Part shown: piece after piece, positions 1 through 8,096 of the stretch
How the letters are laid out: each line of letters begins with the position of its first letter
Position numbering within the stretch: the stretch's first letter is position 1
Source: Oscillospiraceae bacterium
GTDB taxonomy: Bacteria > Bacillota > Clostridia > Oscillospirales > Oscillospiraceae
NCBI GenBank assembly: GCA_017400415.1
Contig: JAFPTE010000021.1
Location: forward strand, 1-35,022
Direction of reading: 5' to 3'
Length of the DNA: 35,022 bases
The notes under the pieces: generated by a model
What the model saw: only the letters and a program-made list of their open reading frames with translations
What the model was told of the DNA's origin: nothing
Databases searched by the model: none
Program-made: the position numbers and the translations under genes

Positions 1-781
1 AACATGAAAAAATCCATTCAGGAAATACGGAGCACTCGAAGGAGACGCCGGGGCCGGACAGCTCGGTCAGACCGTAGATATCGTAGGCCTTGATGCCCAG
101 GGTCTTCTCAATGTCGTGCCGCATCTCCTCGCTCCAGGCCTCGGCTCCGAAGATTCCCGCCTTCAGGGGTATCTCATCGGGCCCCAGGCCCAGCTCCTTC
201 ATGCGCTCGCCCAGGTAGGCGGCGTAGCTGGGGGTGCAGCAGAGGATGGTGGTGTTCAGGTCACGGATGAACATTATCTGCCGGTCCGTGTTGCCGGAGG
301 AGGTGGGCACCGTGAGACAGCCCACCTTGTGGCTGCCGCCGTTGAGGCCCGGGCCGCCGGTGAAGAGGCCGTAGCCGTAGGAGACCTGGCACACATCCTC
401 GTCGGTGCCGCCGGCGGCCACGATGGCCCTGGCGCAGCAGTCCTCCCAGAGGTCAATGTCGTGCTGGGTGTAGAAGGCCACAACGCGCTTGCCGGTGGTG
501 CCGGAGGTGGACTGGATCCGCACTGCGTTCTTCAGAGGCACGCCCAGAAGCCCGTAGGGGTAGGACTCCCGCAGGTCGTCCTTGGTGATGAAGGGGAGCT
601 TGTGAAGGTCCTCAATGCCGTGGATATCCCCGGGGGTGACCCCGGCGGCCTCCATCTTCCTGCGGTAATAGGGCACATTGTCCCAGACGTGCTGCACCTG
701 CTTCACAAGACGCTCGTTCTGAATCCGGGTGAGCTCCTCACGGTCGGCACACTCGATTTCAGGCTGAAAGTATCTTTCCAT
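1..781 (-). CDS. paaK: Phenylacetate-CoA ligase (PaaK-type adenylate-forming enzyme). The 3' end runs off the window start.
   Basis: Hand translation of the minus strand from the ATG (complement of 779-781) gives MERYFQPEIECADREELTRIQNERLVKQVQHVWDNVPYYRRKMEAAGV...RIQSTSGTTGKRVVAFYTQHDIDLWEDCCARA...GLTELSGPGVSFEC. It has an STSGTTGK AMP-binding loop. It is absent from the ORF track only because there is no stop codon inside the window. It lies directly downstream of iorAB. Confidence 0.85.
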   Translation of the reverse strand, partial: MERYFQPEIECADREELTRIQNERLVKQVQHVWDNVPYYRRKMEAAGVTPGDIHGIEDLHKLPFITKDDLRESYPYGLLGVPLKNAVRIQSTSGTTGKRVVAFYTQHDIDLWEDCCARAIVAAGGTDEDVCQVSYGYGLFTGGPGLNGGSHKVGCLTVPTSSGNTDRQIMFIRDLNTTILCCTPSYAAYLGERMKELGLGPDEIPLKAGIFGAEAWSEEMRHDIEKTLGIKAYDIYGLTELSGPGVSFECSVFPEWIFSC

Positions 782-807
782 TTTTACCAACTCCTATCGG
801 AGAAATA

Positions 808-1389
808 TCAGTTGTTACCCGCTTCCTTTCCCAGGGCAAAGGCTTTTTTGTTCATCTCAAGGAATTTGGGGGGCACCACGGCCTCCAGGGCGCTCATCCA
901 GTCGGCCTCGTCAAAGTCAAAGTAGTGGGAGAGCCTGCCCAGAAGGACGATGTTCACGGCCTTGGAGGAGCCGGCCCTTTCTGCGATGGCCAGGCAGTCC
1001 ATGGCGTCAACTCTTGCGCCGGAGGAGCGGAGCTTGTCCGTCAGGCCCTCCGGGTATTCGGCGGCGCCGATTATAACGGGCATGGGGTCGATGCGCTGGG
1101 TGTTCGTCACCACAACCCCGCCGGGCTTCAGGAAGGGGAGCCACCGGGCGGCCTCCAGAAGCTCAAAGGAGACGATGAAGTCCGCCTGGCCCCTGTCGAT
1201 GATGGGGGAGGCGACCCTGTCGCCGTAGCGCACGTAGGTCACAACGCTGCCGCCCCGCTGGCTCATGCCGTGGACCTCGGAGACCTTCACGTCATAGCCC
1301 CGGTCCAGGAAGAGACGGCCCAGCAGCTTGCTGGCCAGGAGGCTTCCCTGGCCGCCGACGCCTACGATCATAATGTTTTTCGTTTCCAT
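808..1389 (-). CDS. iorB: Indolepyruvate:ferredoxin oxidoreductase, beta subunit
   Basis: 193 aa. The N-terminus NIMIVGVGGQGSLLASKLLG...VKVSEVHGMSQRGGSV is typical of the IorB / 2-oxoacid:ferredoxin oxidoreductase gamma-like family. The start codon overlaps the iorA stop as TAATG (1387-1391). Confidence 0.9.
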   Translation of the reverse strand: METKNIMIVGVGGQGSLLASKLLGRLFLDRGYDVKVSEVHGMSQRGGSVVTYVRYGDRVASPIIDRGQADFIVSFELLEAARWLPFLKPGGVVVTNTQRIDPMPVIIGAAEYPEGLTDKLRSSGARVDAMDCLAIAERAGSSKAVNIVLLGRLSHYFDFDEADWMSALEAVVPPKFLEMNKKAFALGKEAGNN

Positions 1390-3125
1390 TACTCTTCACC
1401 TCCGATGGCGCCCACCGGGCAAAGCTGGGAGCAGAGGGAGCAGCCCACGCACTGGTTGGCGTCGATTACGGCCTGGCCGTCCCGGATGGAGATGGCGGGG
1501 CAGCCCACGGCCATGCAGCTCTCGCAGCCGATGCACATATCGTGGTCGACACGGAGAGCAGGCTTGTGCTTTACATATTTGAGGAGGGCGCAGGGCCTCC
1601 GGGAGATGATGACGCTGGGGGCGCTGACCGCCAGCTCCTCACGGATGACTCTGTCGCACTGTTCCAGGTCGTAGGGGTCGATGACCCGGACTCGCTCAAA
1701 GCCCATGGCCCGGCACAGGGCCTCCAGGTCTATCTTTCCCGCCGGGTCGCCCCGCAGGTTGAAGCCCGTGGTGGGGTTCTGCTGGTGGCCGGTCATGCCG
1801 GTGATGGAGTTATCAAGAATGATGACCGTGGAATTGGTCTGGTTGTAGGCGATGTTGGCAAGGCCCGTCATGCCGGAGTGCATGAAGGTGCTGTCGCCGA
1901 TGACGGCCACGGTGTTATGCTCGCTCTTCTCGCCCAGGACCTTGTTGAAGCCGTGGATGGAGCTGACGGAGGCGCCCATGCACAGAACGCTGTCCACGGC
2001 GGCCAGGGGAGCCGTGGCACCCAGGGTATAGCAGCCAATGTCGCCCAGAACGGTGCAGCCGATGCTCTTCAGAGTGTAGAACAGACCTCTGTGGGGGCAG
2101 CCGGCGCACATGACCGGGGGCCGGGCGGGGATGTTTTCGTAGACGCTGAGAGTCTCGGCGGATTTGAACAGGAGCTTCGCTGCCACAACGGACTGGCTCA
2201 GCTCACCCACGGGCGGGAAGAGCTCCTTGCCCACGCACTGGATGCCCAGACTGCGCACGTGCTCCTCAATGAAGCCGTCCAGCTCCTCCACAACGATGAC
2301 GCTCTGGGCGTCCCGGACGAAGGAGCGGATGAGAGAGTCCGGCAGGGGCCACACAAGCCCCAGCTTCAGAACGGAGAAGGTATCCCCGCAGGCCTCCTTA
2401 ACATATTGATAGGAGGTGCCGGAGGTGATTATGCGCACCTCGGGCCGCTGGGTGCCTATCTCCACGGTGTTCACGTCGGAGGACTCGGACCAGGCGGCTA
2501 TCTTTTTCGTGCGCTCCTCCACAACCGGGTGACGGAGCTTGGCGTAGCCCGGCATCATAACGTATTTCTTCGGGTCCTTTTTGTATTCCTTTACGGGCAA
2601 GGTCCGGTCCCCGGTCTCCACAACGCTCTGGCAGTGGGATACCCTGGTGCACATACGCAGAAGCACCGGAGTGTCAAACCTCTCGCTGAGCTCAAAGGCC
2701 AGCTTCGCAAACCGCAGAGCCTCTGCAGAGTCCGCCGGCTCCAGCATGGGAACCTTGGAGGCCCGGGCGTGGTGCCGGGAGTCCTGCTCGTTCTGGGAGG
2801 AGTGCATGCCCGGGTCGTCCGCCACGGCGATGACGAGACCGGCGTTCACTCCGGTGTAGCTCAGGGTGTAAAGGGGGTCCGCAGCCACGTTGAGGCCCAC
2901 GTGCTTCATGCCGCAGAAGGACCGGGTGCCTGCCAGACTGGCGCCGAAGGCCGCCTCCAGGGCAACCTTTTCGTTGGGTGCCCACTCACAGTAGATTTCG
3001 GGGTACTTTGCGGCCTCCTCGGTTATCTCGGTGCTGGGGGTGCCGGGATAGCTTGAAATAAAAGAGCAGCCTGCCTCGTAGAGCCCGCGGGCAGCGGCCT
3101 TGTTGCCCAGCATTAACTGACGCAT
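1389..3125 (-). CDS. iorA: Indolepyruvate:ferredoxin oxidoreductase, alpha subunit (TPP-binding, 2x[4Fe-4S])
   Basis: 578 aa. It has pyruvate-ferredoxin-oxidoreductase-type N-terminal and TPP domains (GDIGCYTLG, GDSTFMHSG). The C-terminal ferredoxin motifs are CIGCESCMAVGCP and CVGCSLCSQLCP. The RBS is GAGAGGAGAA, upstream of the ATG at 3125. Confidence 0.92.
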   Translation of the reverse strand: MRQLMLGNKAAARGLYEAGCSFISSYPGTPSTEITEEAAKYPEIYCEWAPNEKVALEAAFGASLAGTRSFCGMKHVGLNVAADPLYTLSYTGVNAGLVIAVADDPGMHSSQNEQDSRHHARASKVPMLEPADSAEALRFAKLAFELSERFDTPVLLRMCTRVSHCQSVVETGDRTLPVKEYKKDPKKYVMMPGYAKLRHPVVEERTKKIAAWSESSDVNTVEIGTQRPEVRIITSGTSYQYVKEACGDTFSVLKLGLVWPLPDSLIRSFVRDAQSVIVVEELDGFIEEHVRSLGIQCVGKELFPPVGELSQSVVAAKLLFKSAETLSVYENIPARPPVMCAGCPHRGLFYTLKSIGCTVLGDIGCYTLGATAPLAAVDSVLCMGASVSSIHGFNKVLGEKSEHNTVAVIGDSTFMHSGMTGLANIAYNQTNSTVIILDNSITGMTGHQQNPTTGFNLRGDPAGKIDLEALCRAMGFERVRVIDPYDLEQCDRVIREELAVSAPSVIISRRPCALLKYVKHKPALRVDHDMCIGCESCMAVGCPAISIRDGQAVIDANQCVGCSLCSQLCPVGAIGGEE

Positions 3126-3164
3126 AGTTGATTTCTCCTCTCAGGCAGAAATATATACCCCTTG

Positions 3165-3193
3165 AGTATATCACATCCTCTGCAAAATGTCTA
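3165..3193 (-). promoter_or_regulatory. Putative sigma-A promoter for iorA-iorB-paaK
   Basis: On the minus strand: TAGACA (complement of 3188-3193), a 17-nt spacer, then extended -10 TGaTATACT (hexamer complement of 3165-3170). It lies about 40 nt upstream of the iorA ATG. Confidence 0.45.
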
Positions 3194-3282
3194 CAATAAT
3201 TTAGCGTATTAAACAGGATGAGGAAAAAAACGCTGCCGGAGTATTGCTTTAAAAATCTTTCGCATAAGTTATTAAAAAACAC

Positions 3283-3311
3283 TTGCCAAACTATTGAGAT
3301 TGTGATATTAT
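3283..3311 (+). promoter_or_regulatory. Putative sigma-A promoter for the type IV pilus operon
   Basis: TTGCCA (3283-3288), a 17-nt spacer, then extended -10 TGaTATTAT (hexamer 3306-3311). It sits in an AT-rich divergent intergenic region about 50 nt upstream of the pilB ATG. Confidence 0.5.
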
Positions 3312-3363
3312 AAACTAAATTATTGTCCGGTTTTATAACCCGATCAGCATTGGAGATGAACAT

Positions 3364-5073
3364 ATGGCTTATAAGAGACTGGGCGAGCTGCTTCTCGCCG
3401 CCGGTACCATTACCGAACAGGAGCTTGAGAGAGGACTTGAACTGCAGAAGGGCACCAAGGAACGTCTCGGCACCGTTCTTATTTCCAACGGCATCCTTAC
3501 GGAGGATGAGCTCATCGAGGCGCTGACCATGCAGCTTGGCGTGGAGTTCATTGACCTTACCAAGGTCAATATCCCCACGGAGATGGCGCAGGTCCTGCCC
3601 AAGAATATTGCCAAGCAGTACACGGTCGTTCCCGTCAAGATCGTCAAGGATGAGCTCTTCCTTGCAATGGCAGACCCCATGAACTTCTACGCCATTGAGG
3701 AGGTCCGCAAGGCCGTCCGCAAGAAGGTCGTTCCCATGGTCGCCCGTCAGAAGGCCGTGGAGCACGCCATTCAGGTGCTCTATTCCAATGAGGGCGCCGC
3801 CAAGGCCATTGAGGAGATGAAGCGTGAGGTCCTCTCCAACGGTGAGGCCACCGGCGCTGCGGATGCAGCCTTTATCTCCAATCAGCTGGGGGACGACAGC
3901 GTAAACTCCGCCCCCACCATCCGCCTGGTGAACTCCATCATTGAGCGTGCAATCATGGAGCGGGCCAGCGATATACATATGGAGCCCAACGAGGGCAACA
4001 TGCGCATCCGCATGAGGGTGGACGGCATCCTGCACGACATCCTTACGGTGCCCAGAGATATCCAGGCCAATGTGACCTCCCGTATCAAGATCATGTCCGG
4101 CATGAACATCGCCGAGAAGAGAGTCCCCCAGGACGGCCGCTTCAACGTCCGCATCAAGGAAAAGGATATCGACCTTCGTATTTCCACCCTGCCTACGGTT
4201 TACGGCGAGAAGATCGTTGCCCGACTGCTGGATAAGTCCGGCGGCAACATCACCAAGGAGTCCATCGGCCTCTCCGGCAAGGACCTGGAGAAGTATGACG
4301 CCATGCTCCGCAACCGCAACGGCGTTATCCTCATCGTGGGCCCCACCGGTTCCGGTAAGTCCACCACCATGTACGCCATGATAGGCCAGCTTAACACCGA
4401 TGAGGTGAACCTGGTCACCCTGGAGGACCCTGTGGAGTACAACATCGCCGGCGTCAACCAGGTCCAGATAACTGAGAAGACCGGCATGACCTTCGCCAAC
4501 GGCCTCCGTGCCATCCTCCGTCAGGACCCGGATATCATCGCCGTGGGCGAAATCCGTGACGGCGAGACTGCCGAGATCGCCATGCGTGCCGCTATCACCG
4601 GCCACCTGGTGGTATCCACCATCCACACCAACGACGCCGTGGGCTCCATTGAGCGTCTGAAGGATATCGGCGTGGAGCCATACCTTATCGCCTCCGCCCT
4701 GAAGGGCGTCATCTCCCAGCGCCTTGTGCGCCGCATCTGCCCCAAGTGCCGACAAGAGTATGAGCCCATGGAGGATGAGCTCCAGAAGCTGGGCCTCGAG
4801 CCCAGAGCCGGCCTGAAGTTCTACCGGGGCGTCGGCTGCGCCGAGTGCTTCAATACCGGTTACAGAGGCCGTACCGCCGTCTTCGAGATGCTGACCGTGA
4901 CATCCAAGGTTCGGGCCCTCATCTCCGAGAAGGCAGGCCGTGAGGCCATCGAAAGGGAGCTGCGCAAGGGCGAGGGCGACCATATCACCCTCTATCAGAA
5001 CGCCCTGCGTCTGGTTTCCGAGGGCATAACCACCTCCAGCGAGATCACCCGCGTTATCAACGAAGACGATTAA
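3364..5073 (+). CDS. pilB: Type IV pilus assembly (extension) ATPase PilB, GspE family, with an N-terminal MshEN-type domain
   Basis: 569 aa. Walker A is GPTGSGKSTT. Asp and His boxes are present. The tetracysteine motif is CPKC...CAEC. The N-terminus carries tandem RLGxxL..G....L...L..Q motifs. The RBS GGAGAT precedes the ATG. Confidence 0.9.
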   Translation: MAYKRLGELLLAAGTITEQELERGLELQKGTKERLGTVLISNGILTEDELIEALTMQLGVEFIDLTKVNIPTEMAQVLPKNIAKQYTVVPVKIVKDELFLAMADPMNFYAIEEVRKAVRKKVVPMVARQKAVEHAIQVLYSNEGAAKAIEEMKREVLSNGEATGAADAAFISNQLGDDSVNSAPTIRLVNSIIERAIMERASDIHMEPNEGNMRIRMRVDGILHDILTVPRDIQANVTSRIKIMSGMNIAEKRVPQDGRFNVRIKEKDIDLRISTLPTVYGEKIVARLLDKSGGNITKESIGLSGKDLEKYDAMLRNRNGVILIVGPTGSGKSTTMYAMIGQLNTDEVNLVTLEDPVEYNIAGVNQVQITEKTGMTFANGLRAILRQDPDIIAVGEIRDGETAEIAMRAAITGHLVVSTIHTNDAVGSIERLKDIGVEPYLIASALKGVISQRLVRRICPKCRQEYEPMEDELQKLGLEPRAGLKFYRGVGCAECFNTGYRGRTAVFEMLTVTSKVRALISEKAGREAIERELRKGEGDHITLYQNALRLVSEGITTSSEITRVINEDD

Positions 5074-5084
5074 GGAGACAACTC

Positions 5085-6131
5085 ATGATTAATATTGAAC
5101 AGCTTGTGCTCCAGGCCAAGCGTGACGGCGCATCGGATATACATATAATCTGCGGCCTGCCTCCCAAGTACCGTAAGGACGGCAACATTGAAAACATGTC
5201 CAACGACCCCTGCACCTATGAGGACTGCATGGAGATGGCCCATGAGCTGGCGGGCAATGAGTATGACCGCTTTGACTCCTGGGGCGAGCTGGACTCTGCC
5301 GATACCTTTGCCGGCAACCGCTGCCGTATACATATCTTCAAGCAGCAGGGAATCCCCTCCCTGGCTCTGCGTATCCTCCGTGAGGAGATACCGGACGTGG
5401 AGAAGCTGGGACTGCCCCCCGCAGTGCTGAGCCTGACAAACCTTCACAAGGGCATCGTCCTGGTGACCGGTGAGACCGGCTCCGGTAAGTCCACCACCCT
5501 GGCCGCCCTTATGGACAGGATAAACCACACCCGCAAGTGCCACATCGTGACCCTTGAGGACCCGGTGGAGTACCTCTACAAGCCGGACCTGTGCGCCATC
5601 AACCAGCGTGAGGTGGGCAAGGACACCAAGAGCTTCTCCGAGGGCCTCCGTGCCTCCCTTCGTGAGGACCCGGACGTTATCCTCATCGGCGAGATGCGTG
5701 ACCGTGACACCATCGAGACCGCCATCACCGCCGCCGAGACCGGTCACCTGGTCTTCGGCACCCTCCATACCGGCTCCGCCTCCGACGCCGTGGACCGTAT
5801 CGTCCAGGTGTTCCCGGCGGACTCCCAGACCCAGATAAGGCTCCAGCTCTCCATGACCCTGTGCGCCGTGCTCACCCAGCAGCTGGTGGCCAGGAAGGGC
5901 GGCGGCAGAGCCCTGGCTGCGGAGTATATGGCCGTTACGGACGCTATCCGGAACCTTATCCGCTCCGGCAATACCCCCCAGATAGCCAACGCCATCGCAA
6001 CCTCCGCCGCCATCGGCGGCCAGACCATGGACCAGGCTCTGGTCAAGCTGGTCCGCTCCGGCGCCATCACCAGAGATACGGCGCTCCATTATGCCAAGGA
6101 ACCCGATTACGTCAAGAAAAACGCAATCTGA
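5085..6131 (+). CDS. pilT: Type IV pilus retraction ATPase PilT (twitching motility protein)
   Basis: 348 aa. Walker A is GETGSGKSTT. It has GEMRD, TGHLVFGTLHT, and the PilT-type AIRNLIRSG motif near the C-terminus. The RBS is AAGGAGA. Confidence 0.9.
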   Translation: MINIEQLVLQAKRDGASDIHIICGLPPKYRKDGNIENMSNDPCTYEDCMEMAHELAGNEYDRFDSWGELDSADTFAGNRCRIHIFKQQGIPSLALRILREEIPDVEKLGLPPAVLSLTNLHKGIVLVTGETGSGKSTTLAALMDRINHTRKCHIVTLEDPVEYLYKPDLCAINQREVGKDTKSFSEGLRASLREDPDVILIGEMRDRDTIETAITAAETGHLVFGTLHTGSASDAVDRIVQVFPADSQTQIRLQLSMTLCAVLTQQLVARKGGGRALAAEYMAVTDAIRNLIRSGNTPQIANAIATSAAIGGQTMDQALVKLVRSGAITRDTALHYAKEPDYVKKNAI

Positions 6132-6165
6132 TAATATAGCTTCACCGAAAGGAAGGTGAAAGAAA

Positions 6166-7380
6166 CTGGCAACCTTTAAGTACAGTGCCGTCTCCAAGGG
6201 CGGCCAGCGGGTCACCGGCGTGGTTGAGGGATTCAACGAGCTGGATGCAGTTACCCGCATAAAAGAATCCTGCGATATCGTCCTCAAGGTCGAAGAGGTC
6301 AATGAGGAGAAGAAGGGCCTTCTCAATATGGAGATTGGCGGAGAAAAGCTGAATGACAAGGCCTTCACGGTCATGTGCAGCCAGTTCGCCATTATCCTCC
6401 GTTCCGGCATACCCATTGCCAGAACCGTACACCTGGTGGCCAACAAGACCGCCGATAAGCCCCTTAAGAAAATCCTTACCCAGGTGGCTGAGGACGTGGA
6501 GGCGGGCCGCTCCGTGGCCGCATCCTTTGAGGACCGGGGCAGCAAGCTTCTGCCCAAGACCTTTATCGAGACCCTGAGAGCAGGCGAGGAGTCCGGCTCC
6601 ATCGACAAGTCCTTCCAGACTGTCTATGAGCAGTACGACAAGCAGATCAAGGTCAAGAACAAGGTCTCCGGCGCCCTGGCCTATCCTATGTTCGTCCTTG
6701 CCCTGGCCGTGGTGGTGGTCATCGTGCTGATGGCCTTCGTGGTGCCCAAGTTTACGGAAACCTTTGAATCCTACGGCGCCCAGCTGCCTCTCATAACCAG
6801 GATACTTATCGCCATCTCCACCTTCTTCAAGAACTACTGGATGATCCTGTTCATCATTATCGCCCTGATTATCGTGGGCGTGAAGATTTACGGGAAGACG
6901 GAGAACGGCCGCATGAAGATGGCAAAGCTGCAGCTTAAGCTGCCCGTCCTGGGCAACATTGCGGAGCTCACCGCCGCCAGCCAGTTCGCCAACTGCATGA
7001 CCACCATGCTCTCCGCCGGCATACCCCTGACCAAGTCCATCTCCATCACCGCCAAGACCCTGGACAACTATTACGTCAGCACAGAGGTCGGCAAGCTGGC
7101 CAGCAAGATTGAAGAGGGCCACGGCCTGGGCGACAGTATGCGCGAGGCCGAGATAATGCCCGAAATCCTGACGGACATGGTGGCAGTGGGTGAGGAGACC
7201 GGCGAGATGGAAAACACCCTGCGGACCATCGCCGGCTACTATGATGAAGAGCTGAACCAGGCTATCGACTCCGCCCTCAAGAAGCTGGAGCCCGCCCTGC
7301 TTGTCGGCCTGGCCGTTGTGGCAGGCTTCATCGTCATCGCCATCTACATGGCAATGTTCTCCATGTACGATATTATGTGA
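6166..7380 (+). CDS. pilC: Type IV pilus platform protein PilC (GspF family). The start is probably CTG at 6166; the ORF track begins at GTG 6220.
   Basis: The GspF-type repeat architecture has three TM segments. The conserved N-terminal (M)ATFKYSAVSKGGQRVTG lies upstream of the track start, and the frame is open back to the stop at 6157-6159. The only initiator-like codon there is CTG 6166, 6 nt after the SD-like GGAAGGTGA (6151-6159). Confidence 0.85.
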   Translation: MATFKYSAVSKGGQRVTGVVEGFNELDAVTRIKESCDIVLKVEEVNEEKKGLLNMEIGGEKLNDKAFTVMCSQFAIILRSGIPIARTVHLVANKTADKPLKKILTQVAEDVEAGRSVAASFEDRGSKLLPKTFIETLRAGEESGSIDKSFQTVYEQYDKQIKVKNKVSGALAYPMFVLALAVVVVIVLMAFVVPKFTETFESYGAQLPLITRILIAISTFFKNYWMILFIIIALIIVGVKIYGKTENGRMKMAKLQLKLPVLGNIAELTAASQFANCMTTMLSAGIPLTKSISITAKTLDNYYVSTEVGKLASKIEEGHGLGDSMREAEIMPEILTDMVAVGEETGEMENTLRTIAGYYDEELNQAIDSALKKLEPALLVGLAVVAGFIVIAIYMAMFSMYDIM

Positions 7381-7403
7381 TTGTTGGCAAGAAGGAGAAA
7401 CCC

Positions 7404-8093
7404 ATGGCCCCAATCCTCAGAAAACTTAAAAGCCGGTCCGGTATCTCCCGCCTGACAGCCATTCTGGCCGTAGCCGTCATAATCCTGGCGGTTATGAGCA
7501 CGTACCCCTTCTGGAAGCAGTTCGTGTTCGATGCGACCGGCTCCGGGTGCTTTACCTCCCGGCAGACCTGCATTCGTGATATCAAGATCGCCTACGCCTC
7601 CGGCCTGGAAGTTACGGAGGAGAGCGTCAGGGCCATGATGTATAAGCACAACACCACCTGCCCCGACGGGGGAGACCTGTACATTATCGAGGACGCCGAG
7701 GGACGCCTGACCATTGTCTGCGGCATCCACGACCACAACGACAAGGAGCGGGTGACCCTTAACTCCGCCAGGGCCCTGAAGGAGCTGCAGCGGGCCGTTC
7801 TGGCCGCTCAGCAGTACGGCACTCCCTTCCCGGAGAAGGTCACCGTCACCGTCAACAGCATCGATTATACCGCCCTTCTGGTGGATGAGGACCCGGGCCT
7901 TGTCCGGGGCACCGCCTCCACCAAGGGGTATGAGGGCACCGTGATCCTGTTCTCCATCGTGGGCCATTCCGACTTCGGCAAAAACTCCGGTCTGGAGGAG
8001 GGCCAGGTCTGGTTCATGACCTACGCAGAACCGGAGGAGTGCGCCACCTGGACCTACGGCACCGGCTGGACCGGCTCCGCCATTCTCGGCTGA
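7404..8093 (+). CDS. Exported or membrane-anchored protein occupying the pilin slot. It has a non-canonical class-III-like signal (possible atypical pilin).
   Basis: The ATG at 7404 is preceded by AGGAG (7391-7395). The N-terminus is MAPILRKLKSRSG/ISRLTAILAVAVIILAVMSTYPF: a basic leader ending in Gly followed by a roughly 20-aa hydrophobic helix. It lacks the F/M+1 and E+5 residues of canonical prepilins. The rest is Cys-containing and soluble-looking, and I do not recognise a family. Confidence 0.6.
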   Translation: MAPILRKLKSRSGISRLTAILAVAVIILAVMSTYPFWKQFVFDATGSGCFTSRQTCIRDIKIAYASGLEVTEESVRAMMYKHNTTCPDGGDLYIIEDAEGRLTIVCGIHDHNDKERVTLNSARALKELQRAVLAAQQYGTPFPEKVTVTVNSIDYTALLVDEDPGLVRGTASTKGYEGTVILFSIVGHSDFGKNSGLEEGQVWFMTYAEPEECATWTYGTGWTGSAILG

Positions 8094-8096
8094 GCC

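Noticed and set aside
1-40. The last residues of the truncated paaK (…GPGVSFECSVFPEWIFSC) do not follow the expected PaaK continuation after GPGV..EC.
   Set aside because: This cannot be evaluated at a window or contig edge. It may be normal divergence or an end artefact, and there is no in-window evidence for a rearrangement.
116-3056. Plus-strand ORFs 116-925, 925-1674 and 1542-3056, opposite paaK, iorB and iorA.
   Set aside because: They are antisense to strongly supported genes and have no SD. Their composition is artefactual (Gly/Ala/His/Val runs).
7377-7403. Upstream alternative starts given by the ORF track: 7377 for the pilin-slot gene, 9816 for pilN, 16555 for the lipoprotein, 21706 for the dockerin protein, 28641 for the M23 peptidase, 32983 for thrH and 33653 for ylmC.
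   Set aside because: In each case an internal ATG, GTG or TTG is preceded by a properly spaced SD. It also yields a canonical N-terminus (signal peptide, lipobox or family-typical start). The extended versions overlap upstream genes or lack an SD.
2986-7413. Minus-strand ORFs 2986-4983 (665 aa), 5070-6608 (512 aa) and 6142-7413 (423 aa), antisense to pilB, pilT and pilC.
   Set aside because: They are antisense shadows of genes with unambiguous Walker and GspF motifs. Their translations are G/A/L/H/D-rich without domains.
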